Shown: positions 1 to 9,361 of the stretch, piece after piece
Numbering within the stretch: position 1 is the first letter of the stretch
How the letters are laid out: the number at the start of each line of letters is the position of its first letter
Assembly (NCBI RefSeq): GCF_028368995.1
Contig: NZ_JAQNDL010000001.1
Location: 2,880,001 to 2,944,000, forward strand
Direction of reading: 5' to 3'
Length of the DNA: 64,000 bases
Source of the DNA: Nannocystis bainbridge
Lineage (GTDB): Bacteria; Myxococcota_A; Polyangia; Nannocystales; Nannocystaceae
The notes under the pieces: generated by a model
Databases searched by the model: none
The model's input: only the letters and a program-made list of their open reading frames with translations
Told to the model about the DNA's origin: nothing
Program-made: the position numbers and the translations under genes

Positions 1-842
1 CCCACCTCGATGTTGGCCGCGCTCTCGCGCGACGACAGCTCGGCGTCGACCTTGGCGTCGGCGCTGATCCTGACGATCACCTTCTCGCGCACCGACTTGC
101 CGGCGTCCTCGATCTCCTTGAGGTAGCCGGCCGTCTTGCCGCGCAGCGCCTCGATCTCGGCCGTCGCGGCCGCCAGCAGCTTCTCGCGCGCCTCCCAGTT
201 CTTGTCGCGCTGCGCCTGCGACTCTGCCAGTTGCCGCTCGAGCAGGCGCCGCTGCTCCGCGAACTGATCGGCCACCAACCGGCGCTGGCGCTCGATCTCG
301 TAGGCGTACTTCTCCTCGTCCGCCGTGCGCTCCTTGGCCCGGGCCGCGTCCGTCTCGGCCTGCGCCGTCGTCTTCTCCGCGTCCTCCTTGGCCCACGCTT
401 CGAGCTGCCGGACGATCTTCTCGTCGAGCTCGCGGACCTCGGCGGCGAACTTGTCCTCCAGCGTCTGCAGCCGCTTGGCGTCGTCCTGATGCAGGATCTC
501 GAGCGCCTCGGCCGCGATCCGCACGTGCTTCAGGTCCTCGACCCGCGCCGCCTCGGCCGCGATCGCCTTGCGCAGCTCGTCGAGCTTGGTCGCCTCCGAC
601 GCCAAGCGATCGGCCAGCGCCTCGACCGCGGCGCCGAAGCTGACCTGCAGCTCCGCGAGCCCCTTGATGATGGTCTCGCTGGTGTACTGCGCGGCGCGCT
701 CGACCGCCTCGCGCAGCTTGGCCCGCTCGGCCGCCTCGGCCTTGGTGGCCGGCTGTGCGGCCTGCTGCGCGTGTTTCTGCAGCAGCGGCGAGAAGCTCTT
801 CAATACTTCGTCTCGGGACTTCGGGGCGATCACACTCGACAC
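1..842 (-). CDS. Long coiled-coil protein, truncated by the window edge (not in the supplied ORF track)
   Basis: GTG at 842 preceded by AGGAG. The frame is open to position 1: MSSVIAPKSRDEVLKSF...AAQYTSETIIKGLAELQVSF...EKYAYEIERQRR; Ala/Glu/Lys/Arg-rich helical composition. Confidence 0.8.
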   Translation of the reverse strand, partial: MSSVIAPKSRDEVLKSFSPLLQKHAQQAAQPATKAEAAERAKLREAVERAAQYTSETIIKGLAELQVSFGAAVEALADRLASEATKLDELRKAIAAEAARVEDLKHVRIAAEALEILHQDDAKRLQTLEDKFAAEVRELDEKIVRQLEAWAKEDAEKTTAQAETDAARAKERTADEEKYAYEIERQRRLVADQFAEQRRLLERQLAESQAQRDKNWEAREKLLAAATAEIEALRGKTAGYLKEIEDAGKSVREKVIVRISADAKVDAELSSRESAANIEV

Positions 843-1095
843 TTTCGACTCCTAGGCTGCGCACCCAGCAGGGCGGCGATGCGAGAACCTACCAGAGCCG
901 CATCGCCTGGCGGAGATCACGCGGGGCGCAGAGTCGTGAACCGTCGCGTCGCCGATGCATCGTGCGCGCCGTCGCTCCACGCTCGCGCGGTTCTGCGCCA
1001 GTACAGCGTTATCCCGGGACGGCGCCGCCTCTGAACCTCCGAGCTTCTCGCCCCGGCCGGGTCCGGGCTACGCTGGGCATCCTTCGGCGCGCTCA

Positions 1096-1147
1096 TCATC
1101 TGTCCCTCAAAACATGTCCTCATGAACATGTCCTCCGAGACAATTCA
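1096..1147. repeat. Cluster of the 14-bp-period RRACATGTCC palindrome
   Basis: aaacatgtcc 1110-1119 and gaacatgtcc 1124-1133, with degenerate copies in phase at 1096 and 1138. Confidence 0.75.
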
Positions 1148-2015
1148 CCTCCATCACGCGCGAGACCTCGAGCTGTCGGCCGCCAGCGGCCTGGTGCGCC
1201 GTGATGGTTGGTCGTTCGTGGTCGCCGACGACGAGCTCGAGCTGCACGCCTACCCGGACGACGGCCCCGCGCGCCGCTACCCGCTGCGTCCTGGCGCCCT
1301 GCCGACCGAGCCGGAGGCGCGCAAGCGGGCCAAGCCCGACTTCGAGGCCCTGTGCCCGTGGGACGGCGGCGCCCTGCTCGCGCTCGGCTCCGGCTCGCGG
1401 CCGAACCGTCACGCCGGCGTCCTCGTCCATGTCGCGAAGGACATGTCCTCTGCGACATGCCACGAATTCTCGCTCGCCCCGCTGCACGCCGCGCTCGCCG
1501 GCCTCGTGCCCGAGCTCAACCTCGAGGGCGCCGCGCTGTGGGGCGACCACCTGGTGCTGCTGCAGCGCGGCAACGGGGCCGGCAACCGCAGCGCCCTGAT
1601 CCGCCTCGACCGCGACGGCGTGGCCGCGGCCGTGGCCGCGCGCGCCGCGTGGCAGGCCGACCTGATCCGCGACCTCGCCTTCCTCGACCTCGGCGACCGC
1701 GAAGGCGTGCCCTACAGCGTCACCGACGCCGCCGCCTTGCCCGACGGCGGGCTCTTGCTCACCGCCGCCGCCGAGGACACGCGCGACACCTACGCCGACG
1801 GCGCTTGCCTCGGCTCGGCGCTGATCCGCCTCGACGCGCCGCACACCGTCCGCTGGCGGCGCGCGCTGCCGGGCCGGCTCAAGTTCGAGGGCGTATGGGC
1901 CGAGCCGGACGGCGACCTCGTCCGCGTCCACCTCGTCGCCGATGCCGATGACCGATCCGTGCGCGCCCCGCTCTGCGTCACCGTCCTCGATCCGCGCACC
2001 GGCCTCGCGCGCTGA
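1122..2015 (+). CDS. Conserved hypothetical protein, probable beta-propeller (DUF6910/DUF6929-like)
   Basis: Motifs LSAASGLV..VVADDE, KPDFEAL, LNLEGAA, AAAEDT..TYADG, KFEGV; GC3-biased codons. Confidence 0.7.
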   Translation: MNMSSETIHLHHARDLELSAASGLVRRDGWSFVVADDELELHAYPDDGPARRYPLRPGALPTEPEARKRAKPDFEALCPWDGGALLALGSGSRPNRHAGVLVHVAKDMSSATCHEFSLAPLHAALAGLVPELNLEGAALWGDHLVLLQRGNGAGNRSALIRLDRDGVAAAVAARAAWQADLIRDLAFLDLGDREGVPYSVTDAAALPDGGLLLTAAAEDTRDTYADGACLGSALIRLDAPHTVRWRRALPGRLKFEGVWAEPDGDLVRVHLVADADDRSVRAPLCVTVLDPRTGLAR

Positions 2016-2141
2016 GCGAGCGACGTCTCGCGCACGGCCGCGACCGGCGTGAGCCGCTCTGCGTCGCCGTCCTCGATCCGCGCACCGGCCTCGCGCGCTG
2101 AGCGAGCGACGTCTCGCGCACGGCCGCGACCGGCGTGAGCC
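1968..2141 (+). repeat. 86-bp tandem duplication covering the 3' end of the upstream CDS
   Basis: ccgctctgcgtc(a/g)ccgtcctcgatccgcgcacc...cggcgtgag starts at 1968 and again at 2054. Confidence 0.9.
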
Positions 2142-2264
2142 TCTCTCTCGCGCCGGCCGCCTGTGATTCTTCGTTCGCCTGCGGCGCCGCCGCGGCAGCG
2201 ACCCGCGTCGCTCGCCGCTCTCTTGCCAAGCCATGCTGCCCCTGTCAGGCTCGCCCCGGCCGCC

Positions 2265-2942
2265 ATGTCCGACGCCCTCCTCTCCTCTTGCGGCGCCGTC
2301 GTCCTCGCGGGCGGACGCTCCTCGCGCATGGGCGCGCCCAAGGCCCTGTTGCCGTGGCGCGGGCAGCCGCTGCTGGGCCACGTCGTCGAGGTCCTGCGCG
2401 AGGTGTGCGACCGACCGATCGTCGTCGTCGCCCAGAACGGTCAGCCGCTGCCGCCGCTCCCGTCCGACGTCGTGCTCGCCTACGACCCGCCCGAGTTCGA
2501 CCACGGCGGCCCGCTCGTCGGGCTGTTCGCCGGCCTCGGCGTGCTGCTCGCCCACCGCGTCGAGTTCGCCTACCTCGGCGCGTGCGACAGCCCGTTTCTC
2601 AGCGCCGATTACGTGCGCCTGCTGGTGCGCCGGCTCGTCGACGAACCTGGCCTCGGGGGCATCTTGCCGTTCGACGCCCCCGCCTCGGGCGACCCCGCCG
2701 ACCGTCACTTCCCGCACCCGCTCGCCAGCGCCGTGCGCGTCGCCGCCGCTCACGCCGCCGCCGCCGAGGTGTTGGCCAAGCACGGCAGCCGCCCGCTCTT
2801 CATGTTCGACCGCCTCGGCGCTCGCTGGCTCGACGCCGCCGAGCTGCCCGACCGCCGCGTCCTCCGCACCTGCAACACCCCGCAGGAGTACGACGAGGCG
2901 CTCGCGCTCGACCGTCAGGACCGCGGCAGCGACGGACCATGA
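2265..2942 (+). CDS. mobA: Molybdenum cofactor guanylyltransferase
   Basis: AVVLAGGRSSRMGAPKALLPW, GGPLVGL, ACDSPFL, CNTPQEY motifs; ATG at 2265. Confidence 0.88.
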   Translation: MSDALLSSCGAVVLAGGRSSRMGAPKALLPWRGQPLLGHVVEVLREVCDRPIVVVAQNGQPLPPLPSDVVLAYDPPEFDHGGPLVGLFAGLGVLLAHRVEFAYLGACDSPFLSADYVRLLVRRLVDEPGLGGILPFDAPASGDPADRHFPHPLASAVRVAAAHAAAAEVLAKHGSRPLFMFDRLGARWLDAAELPDRRVLRTCNTPQEYDEALALDRQDRGSDGP

Positions 2943-3133
2943 TCGGCGCCGGTCGGCGCCTTCGGCCGACCGACACGGCCGCGACCGATCGGTGCCATCG
3001 GCCCGCGAACACGGTCGCGAGGTCTTCGGCCTCCTGTCCCTTGCGCCAGGTCCTCCTCGCATTCGCGCGCGGGTGAGTCACGCCACGCCTCTGCGCCCGC
3101 CGCTCGCGCCGTTCGCGTGGTAACGTCGCGCCG

Positions 3134-3766
3134 GTGAACGACCCCGTGTCCGTGCCCGCGCCCGCGCCCGTCGCCTCGCGCAACCCGCTCCGGCGCATCT
3201 ATCAATGGGTGCTGAGCTGGGCCGACACCCCGTACGCCGTCCCGGCGCTGGTGGCGATCGCGTTCGTCGAGTCGAGCGTGTTCCCGATCCCGCCCGACGT
3301 GCTGCTGATCGCGCTGGCGCTGTCGGTGCCGACGCGGGCGTTCCGGTTCGCGCTGTGGTGCACCCTCGGCTCGGTGCTCGGCGGCCTGTTCGGCTACCTG
3401 ATCGGCTACGCGCTGTGGTCGACCTTCGAGCCGTACATCGTCGGCCCGGTGTTCTCGCGCGAGAGCTTCGAGCTCGTCACCGGCTCGTACCAGGAGCACG
3501 GCGAGCTCGCCGTCTTCATCGCCGCCTTCACGCCGATCCCCTACAAGGTCTTCACCGTGGCCGCCGGCGTCGCCCAGCTCAACATCGTCGGCTTCGCCCT
3601 CGCCAGCATCCTCGGCCGCGGCGGCCGCTTCTTCCTCGTCGCCGCCGTCATCAAGCTGGCCGGCCCGCGCGCCAAGCAGCTGATCGACAAGTACTTCGAC
3701 GTCGTCACCATCGTCACCGGCCTCCTGCTGGTCCTCGGCGTCGTGCTCTACCAGCTGCTGCGCTAG
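3134..3766 (+). CDS. YqaA/DedA (VTT domain) membrane protein
   Basis: FVESSVFPIPPDVLLI, FTPIPYKVFTVAAG, GRGGRFF; several TM segments. Confidence 0.9.
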   Translation: MNDPVSVPAPAPVASRNPLRRIYQWVLSWADTPYAVPALVAIAFVESSVFPIPPDVLLIALALSVPTRAFRFALWCTLGSVLGGLFGYLIGYALWSTFEPYIVGPVFSRESFELVTGSYQEHGELAVFIAAFTPIPYKVFTVAAGVAQLNIVGFALASILGRGGRFFLVAAVIKLAGPRAKQLIDKYFDVVTIVTGLLLVLGVVLYQLLR

Positions 3767-3791
3767 CGCCTCGGCCGTCGGCTGCGCGAAC

Positions 3792-3843
3792 GGACATGTC
3801 CGTTCGCGCATGCCCTCGAGGACATGTTCGATCGGACATGCCC
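3792..3843. repeat. Cluster of the 14-bp-period palindrome (4 units)
   Basis: ggacatgtcc 3792, gcgcatgccc 3806, ggacatgttc 3820, ggacatgccc 3834. Confidence 0.85.
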
Positions 3844-3920
3844 CTGAGGCCAGTGTCATTGGTTCGGGGCGGGCCCGATCTTGACGCTCGCCGCGCCACC
3901 GGGCACCTCTCGAGGTGAGC

Positions 3921-5089
3921 ATGACGGACCCCGCCTTCGTGAGCTGCCCGGGCCTGACCGACGACGAGCTGCGCGAGGTGTTGCGCGAGCTGAAGGCCGC
4001 GCGCAGGGAGCGGTCGCGGATCCACCGCGCCCTGGCGGTGTTCCGATACCACGCCGACTGGCACCAGGTGATGTGGCACATCGCTCGCCACCGCCTGACC
4101 CGCGTCGAGGATCACGAGCCCTTGCTGTCCGTGCTCGCCGAGACTGCCGCGCTCGATCCGTCCTCGTCCCCCGACCTCGCCCAGATCGCCGCCGACCTGC
4201 TCACCCGCCTGCCCGACGAGCGCGACCACGGCCTGCCCTCCGGCTGGAACCCGCACTTCGACGACCTCGTGTTCGCGCTGTTCCGCCACGATCGCGCCCC
4301 CTTCCTGGCCGTGCGCCCGGGCCTGCCACCGCGCCTGCGCTGCGCCCTCGACTTCGTGCGCGGCCGCCTCGGTGAGCGGCTCGACGAGGACGAGCGCGCC
4401 GACGTCCTGGCGATGCTGCTCGCCCACGCTGGCAGCGTCGGCCTCACCGGCCCCCATGCCCTGCAGCTCCTCGACGACGACGGCGAGTGGCAGGAGCTCA
4501 TGCTCGCGACGGCCGACGAGGTCCGTTCCGTCGCCCTGCGGTTCGGCAGCGGCGAGGCCTGGGACGACGGGCTCGACGCCGAGGTCCGCAAGAACCGCTG
4601 GACCCGTTTCGACGACGTCTTGCCGGCGCTGGTCCGCCTGCCGCTCGCCGAGTTGCTGGCGCTGCTCCTGCCGCATCGCCTGTCCGCGGGCATCGTGCAC
4701 ACCCTCTTCGCCGATCGGTCCGAAGACGACGAGACCCTGCGCGCCGCCGCCCTGACGCTCCCGGACGATGCCGATGGCGTCCGGCTGCGCCACGGCATCG
4801 CCGAGACGCTGAAGGCCCGGGCGGCATCGCCGGTCGAGCAGTGCGCGGTACAGCTGACGCGCGTCGGCCCCGAGCGGATGCGCCTGATCAAGCTGCTCGC
4901 CACCCGCACCCCGCTCGGCGTGCAGGGGCTCGCGCTGCCCTCGAAAGCCTGCCCGCCGAGGTCTCGCCCGGCATGCCGGCCGACGCGGCGAGGCAGCTCG
5001 CTACCGACGTGCAGGCCCTGGGCGGCGAGCTCGTGCTCTCGAGGTTCCGCATCACCCCCGGCCACGTCGTCCGCGATCTGCTCCCGTGA
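3921..5089 (+). pseudogene. Hypothetical protein with C-terminal ribosomal L7/L12-CTD-like domain, frameshifted near 4925-4928
   Basis: VQLTRVGPERMRLIKLLATRTPLGVQ continues in another frame as ARAALESLPAEVSPGMPADAARQLATDVQALGGELVL. One G appears to be missing in the G-run. Confidence 0.65.
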
Positions 5090-5204
5090 TGGCAGCCAGC
5101 CAACGGCAGGTCGTGACGGCGCGGCACACCGACCTCGCCCAGATCACGCCTGCGCGGCGAAACTCGAGCCGCGCGGCCCGAACCGGGCTACACAGCGAGC
5201 AGCC

Positions 5205-5870
5205 ATGAACGCAACCTCCCGCACGGCCCTCCTCGTCGGCGCCACCGGCCTCGTCGGTCGCGAGCTCCTCCGCCAGCTGCTCGCCGACCCGCGCTACACG
5301 GCCGTCACCGTCCTGGCCCGCCGCTCGGCCGGTGTGCAGCACGACAAGCTCACCGAGCACCTCGTCAATTTCGATCGCCCCGACGACTGGCGCGCCCTGG
5401 CCACGGGTGACCACCTCTTTAGCGCCCTCGGCACCACGCTCAAGGTCGCCGGCTCGCGCGAGGCCCAGTACAGGGTCGACTACACCTACCAGCACGAGAC
5501 GGCGCGCGCGGCCCGGCAAAACGGCGCCGAGGTCTACGTCCTGGTGTCGAGCACCGGCGCCTCGGCGAAGTCGCCGATCTTCTACTCGCGCATGAAGGGC
5601 GAGCTCGAGCGCGACACCGCGGCGCTCGAGTTCCCGCGCGCCCGCTTCCTCCAGCCCGGCCCGCTCGACGGCGATCGCCAGGAGCAGCGCGCCGGCGAAC
5701 GCTGGACACTGCGGATCCTTCGCCCGCTGGCGCCGATCCTGCCAGCCGCGGCCCGCCCGATCGACGCCGCGATCGTCGCCCGCGCCGGCATCACCGCCGC
5801 CTTCGACCCGACCCCAGGCCCGCTCCGCCTCGGCGCCGCCGACCTGTTCCGCCTCGGCTCCCCGGCATGA
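5205..5870 (+). CDS. NAD(P)-binding Rossmann oxidoreductase (YraR/TIP30-like atypical SDR)
   Basis: ALLVGATGLVG, ALGTT, YRVDY, FYSRMKGELE; own ATG at 5205. Confidence 0.88.
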   Translation: MNATSRTALLVGATGLVGRELLRQLLADPRYTAVTVLARRSAGVQHDKLTEHLVNFDRPDDWRALATGDHLFSALGTTLKVAGSREAQYRVDYTYQHETARAARQNGAEVYVLVSSTGASAKSPIFYSRMKGELERDTAALEFPRARFLQPGPLDGDRQEQRAGERWTLRILRPLAPILPAAARPIDAAIVARAGITAAFDPTPGPLRLGAADLFRLGSPA

Positions 5871-5874
5871 CGCC

Positions 5875-5925
5875 AACCATGCCCCGAGGACATGTCCTAA
5901 AAAACATGTCCTAATAGACATACTG
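5875..5925. repeat. Cluster of the 14-bp-period palindrome
   Basis: aaccatgccc 5875, ggacatgtcc 5888, aaacatgtcc 5902, agacatactg 5916; directly after the stop codon. Confidence 0.8.
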
Positions 5926-5984
5926 CTCTCAAGTCATTTTTGACGGTCCGATCGGGCATTCTTTTTTAAAAAAAGACCTGACGC

Positions 5985-7133
5985 TCACCGCCGCGAACCG
6001 GCGATGAACACCGCCTCTGGCTCCGCCAGCGTCCCCGGCGATACCCGCGGATCGGCCGCGAGGATTAAAAAGCTCGCCGCCCCGCCGACCGCCAGCACCC
6101 CCGGCCCGGGCATCTCCGCGCGATCGAGGCCCCAGAACTGCGCCGGCGTCGTCGTCATCGCCGCCACGATCGCCGGTCCGTCCAGGCCGGCCGCCATCAG
6201 CAGCGCGATCTCCTCGCTCGAGATCGCTGGCACCTGCGTGTTGCCGAGATCCGTCCCGTACAGCACCGTCGCCCCGGCCGCGCGCAGCCGCGCCAGATTC
6301 TCGCCGGCCGCCCCGCCGAACGCCGAGAGCGTCGAGATCACCGCGCGCCCGGCCCACGCCTCGACCGTGCGCGCCTGCAGCGGCTCGACCGGCGCGTGCG
6401 CCAGCAGATCGGCTCCCGCGTCCGCGGCCGCGCGCGCGTGCCGATCGAACAGCGCATGCGCGGCCACCTTCAGCCCGCGGGCGTGGGCTGCTTGCACGAT
6501 CGCCCGCAGCGTCGCTGGCGGCAGCGTCGGCCCGTCCGTCACCGGCACCTTGATCACCTTCGCCCCGGCGGCCGCCAGCGTCTCGACCGCCTGCGCCGCC
6601 GCCCTCGCGTCCTCGACCTCGAGCCCGAAGCCATCCTCGCCCCAGTCGCGGGTCGGGTAACCGGCGCGCGCCGTGATCATCGGCCCGCTCGCCAGCACCA
6701 CCAGCTCGGGCGGGGCCTCGCGCTCGCGCAGCGCCGTCAGCGGGGCCGCCAGGTCGACCACCGCCGCGACCCCGCCGTCGAGCAGGCGCCGTCCGCCGGG
6801 CAGGTAGCTCAGGTGCACGTGGCTGTCGATCGCCGCCGGCACGATCCACCGCCCCGCGCGCTGCAGCGCCGGCACCCCCGCGGCGACCTCCCCGATCGCC
6901 GCGATCCGGCCGTCCTTCACCTCGAGGTCCGCGACGCCGACGCCGACGATCTCCGCCCCGCGGATCACGAAGTGCCCCCCGCGCGGCTCCATCGGGGCCT
7001 GGGCGCTCGCCTGCGCCTCGCGCTGCACCACCTCGCCGGCCGGCCGCGCCGCCTCGGGCGCCCGCCCCGGCGCGCACGCCAGCGAGATGAGTCCGAAGAG
7101 ACATGTCCCGAAGGTCAGCCCGCGTCGCGCCAT
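5985..7133 (-). CDS. Amidohydrolase family lipoprotein
   Basis: WIVPAAIDSHVH metal motif, VAAHA, LAHAP, YGTDLGN; N-terminal lipobox-like LISLAC. Confidence 0.85.
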   Translation of the reverse strand: MARRGLTFGTCLFGLISLACAPGRAPEAARPAGEVVQREAQASAQAPMEPRGGHFVIRGAEIVGVGVADLEVKDGRIAAIGEVAAGVPALQRAGRWIVPAAIDSHVHLSYLPGGRRLLDGGVAAVVDLAAPLTALREREAPPELVVLASGPMITARAGYPTRDWGEDGFGLEVEDARAAAQAVETLAAAGAKVIKVPVTDGPTLPPATLRAIVQAAHARGLKVAAHALFDRHARAAADAGADLLAHAPVEPLQARTVEAWAGRAVISTLSAFGGAAGENLARLRAAGATVLYGTDLGNTQVPAISSEEIALLMAAGLDGPAIVAAMTTTPAQFWGLDRAEMPGPGVLAVGGAASFLILAADPRVSPGTLAEPEAVFIAGSRR

Positions 7134-7322
7134 CCGCTCGAACGTACGCGCCACAGGCTGAAGCAGATCGGTCGGCTTTCCGGTCGTCCCGGAGGACCCT
7201 CCCCGGGCATCGTTTCCGCCCGCGCGCCGCCTCTCCGCGGCGCCTCACGCCTCCCGGCTAGCGACGACCCCGTCATCGCCTGCCGTCCTGCGCCGGCGAC
7301 CCCGCCGTCACGCGACGTCGAG

Positions 7323-7374
7323 AGACGTGTCCTCAAGGGCATGCCTCTTCGAACATGCCCCTTCGGACCTGTCC
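7323..7374. repeat. Cluster of the 14-bp-period palindrome (4 units)
   Basis: agacgtgtcc 7323, gggcatgcct 7337, gaacatgccc 7351, ggacctgtcc 7365. Confidence 0.85.
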
Positions 7375-7375
7375 A

Positions 7376-8098
7376 TTACGCCTTCTTCGCCTGCGCCTTG
7401 GCGGCCAGGAACGCGCCGATGCGGGCGCGCAGGGCCGGGTCGGACCAGTGGGGCAGCAGCGCCTCGCGTTCGGCGCGGCGCTGGGCCTGGCTCATGTCGA
7501 GCACCCCGCTGCGGAGGGCGCGCTTCGCCGCCGAGTAGGCGGTCGCGGGGTGGCCGGCGAGCTCGCTTAGGCGCTGGCGGGCGACCGCCTCGGCCGCGGC
7601 GGCCACCTCGTCGACCAGGCCGACGCGCAGCGCCTCCTCCGGCCCGTACAGGCGGGCGCCGAGGATCACCTCGTCGAGCGCCTGCGGATTGACCCGTTTG
7701 CGCGCCAGCGCCAGCGCGGCGCCCGGGAAATGCAGCCCCAGCGCGACCTCGTTGAGGCCGATCTTCAGCCGCGGGTCGGCCGCGCACACACGGTGGTCGC
7801 AGCACATCGCCACCAGGCAGCCGCCTGCGATCGCGTGGCCGCCGACCAGCGCGACCGTCGGGCCCGGGTAGTTGTAGAGCTCGAGCAGCAGGTCCTCGAG
7901 GACCGCCAGGAATTCGTCGAGCCCGGCCGCGTCGAGGGTCGCGAGCTCGAAGAAATTGAGGCCGGCGGAGAACGCATCGCCCTCGCCGCGGACCAGCACC
8001 GGCTGGCCCTCGGCCCGCGCCAGCTGGCCGCGAAGCGACTGCATCAGCGCCGAGCTCAGCGCGTTCTTCCCCGGACCCGAAAGGACGACATCGATCAT
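7376..8098 (-). CDS. Enoyl-CoA hydratase/isomerase family protein
   Basis: GPGKNAL, AFSAGLN, GGHAIAGGC, IGLNEVALGL; ATG at 8098. Confidence 0.9.
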   Translation of the reverse strand: MIDVVLSGPGKNALSSALMQSLRGQLARAEGQPVLVRGEGDAFSAGLNFFELATLDAAGLDEFLAVLEDLLLELYNYPGPTVALVGGHAIAGGCLVAMCCDHRVCAADPRLKIGLNEVALGLHFPGAALALARKRVNPQALDEVILGARLYGPEEALRVGLVDEVAAAAEAVARQRLSELAGHPATAYSAAKRALRSGVLDMSQAQRRAEREALLPHWSDPALRARIGAFLAAKAQAKKA

Positions 8099-8133
8099 CG
8101 CCCTGATTTTACCGCGTCGGACCGGCGCGCGGC

Positions 8134-9270
8134 TCAGCGGAACAGCGAGAGGATCTTGTCCCACCAGCTCCGGGCGCCCGCGGCCTTCGCGGCGAGCCCC
8201 GCGTCGTCGTCCGCGCTCTGCCCGGTCGGGGCCTCCGGGCCGCTCGTATCGCTGTCGGCGCCGTCGGGCCAATCGGCCAGCAGCTCCTCGAGCGTCTCGA
8301 CCAGGGACGTGTAGTCCTGGATCTCCGACTGCAGGTAGATCCGCTCCGGCACGTTCTTGTTCTGGATCGGCGCAAAAGCGGCCTGCACCGTCGCCAGGTG
8401 CTCGCGGCCGCGGAGGAGGCAGCGGGTCACCGCCCCCTTGGCCTCGTCGCCGGTCTGCCCCAGCTCGACCAGGTCGCGCGCCGCGGCCTCGGCCGAGCTC
8501 ACGGTCTCCTTGTCGTGGCGGTCGAGGCAGTCGAGCAGCTGCGGCAGGCAGGCCGCGAGCGCCTGCCTCTGGCGCGCGCGATCGCCTTCGAGCTCGGTCT
8601 GGATCTTCTGCGCCAGCAGGTGCGCCGCGTGCCAGCGCGTGCGCGGCACCGGCGACTGCAGCTCGGCCAGCGCCGACTCGACCGTGTACTCGACCTCGGG
8701 CTCCTCCGCTTGCTCCGAGACCGCGGCCCGGTTGGCGACCATCTGCCCGGCCTGGGCGTTCATCGCCGCGACGTGGGCCGGGTTGTACTTGGCGTACAGC
8801 TGCCCGTACTGGCTCGTGATGCGGTGCATCGTGTCCTGGCTCATCGCCTGGTTCCACGCGTCGCGGCCGGCGTTCCACGCCGCCTCGCTGACGCCGTGGC
8901 GCGCCAGCAGGCCCGCGAAATCGACGCCCGGCTGGGTCGCCTCGGCCGACAGGCGCGCGTACATGTCGAGCGTCAGCCCGCCGCGCGACTCCTGGCTCAT
9001 GTCGGCGACGTCGCCGAAGTGCGCCTGCATCGTCAGCGCGGTCTGGGCTGCGTTGAAGCGGGCCCACAGCTGGCCGCTCTTGTCGGCGTCCATGCGCGAG
9101 TGCCAGCTGTTCCACGCCTGCGCCCAGGCGGCCTCGTCGACGCCCTTGGTGCCGAGGTAGCGCAGGAAGTACGGCTTGAACGCGGGCTCGCCGTGTTGCG
9201 CGCGCAGCTCGTTGTGTTTGCTCATGGTCTCGGCCATGGCTTCGATCGTCAGTCCGTGAATGCTGTCCAT
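8134..9270 (-). CDS. Hypothetical protein (repeated Trp-containing helical units plus HEAT-like C-terminus)
   Basis: ATG at 9270; GC3 codon bias; two similar units (IHGLTIE..GVDEAAWAQAWNSW and RGGLTLD..GVSEAAWNAGRDAW). Confidence 0.7.
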   Translation of the reverse strand: MDSIHGLTIEAMAETMSKHNELRAQHGEPAFKPYFLRYLGTKGVDEAAWAQAWNSWHSRMDADKSGQLWARFNAAQTALTMQAHFGDVADMSQESRGGLTLDMYARLSAEATQPGVDFAGLLARHGVSEAAWNAGRDAWNQAMSQDTMHRITSQYGQLYAKYNPAHVAAMNAQAGQMVANRAAVSEQAEEPEVEYTVESALAELQSPVPRTRWHAAHLLAQKIQTELEGDRARQRQALAACLPQLLDCLDRHDKETVSSAEAAARDLVELGQTGDEAKGAVTRCLLRGREHLATVQAAFAPIQNKNVPERIYLQSEIQDYTSLVETLEELLADWPDGADSDTSGPEAPTGQSADDDAGLAAKAAGARSWWDKILSLFR

Positions 9271-9361
9271 GTGGGGGGCTCCGAGGGCGGGCGGATACCA
9301 CTCGCCACGGCGCCCGCACAAGCCGGCGAAACCGCGCCACCATCCTGTTATCCTCCCGGCC

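Noticed and set aside
1107-3062. 651-aa minus-strand ORF and the many similar Arg/Ala/Pro-rich overlapping ORFs throughout the window
   Set aside because: They overlap well-supported genes on the other strand or frame and have no recognisable motifs.
3915-5870. 651-aa fusion of a hypothetical protein with an SDR
   Set aside because: Explained by a frameshift near 4925 and an independent ATG at 5205; the linker is off-frame Arg/Pro/Ser-rich sequence.
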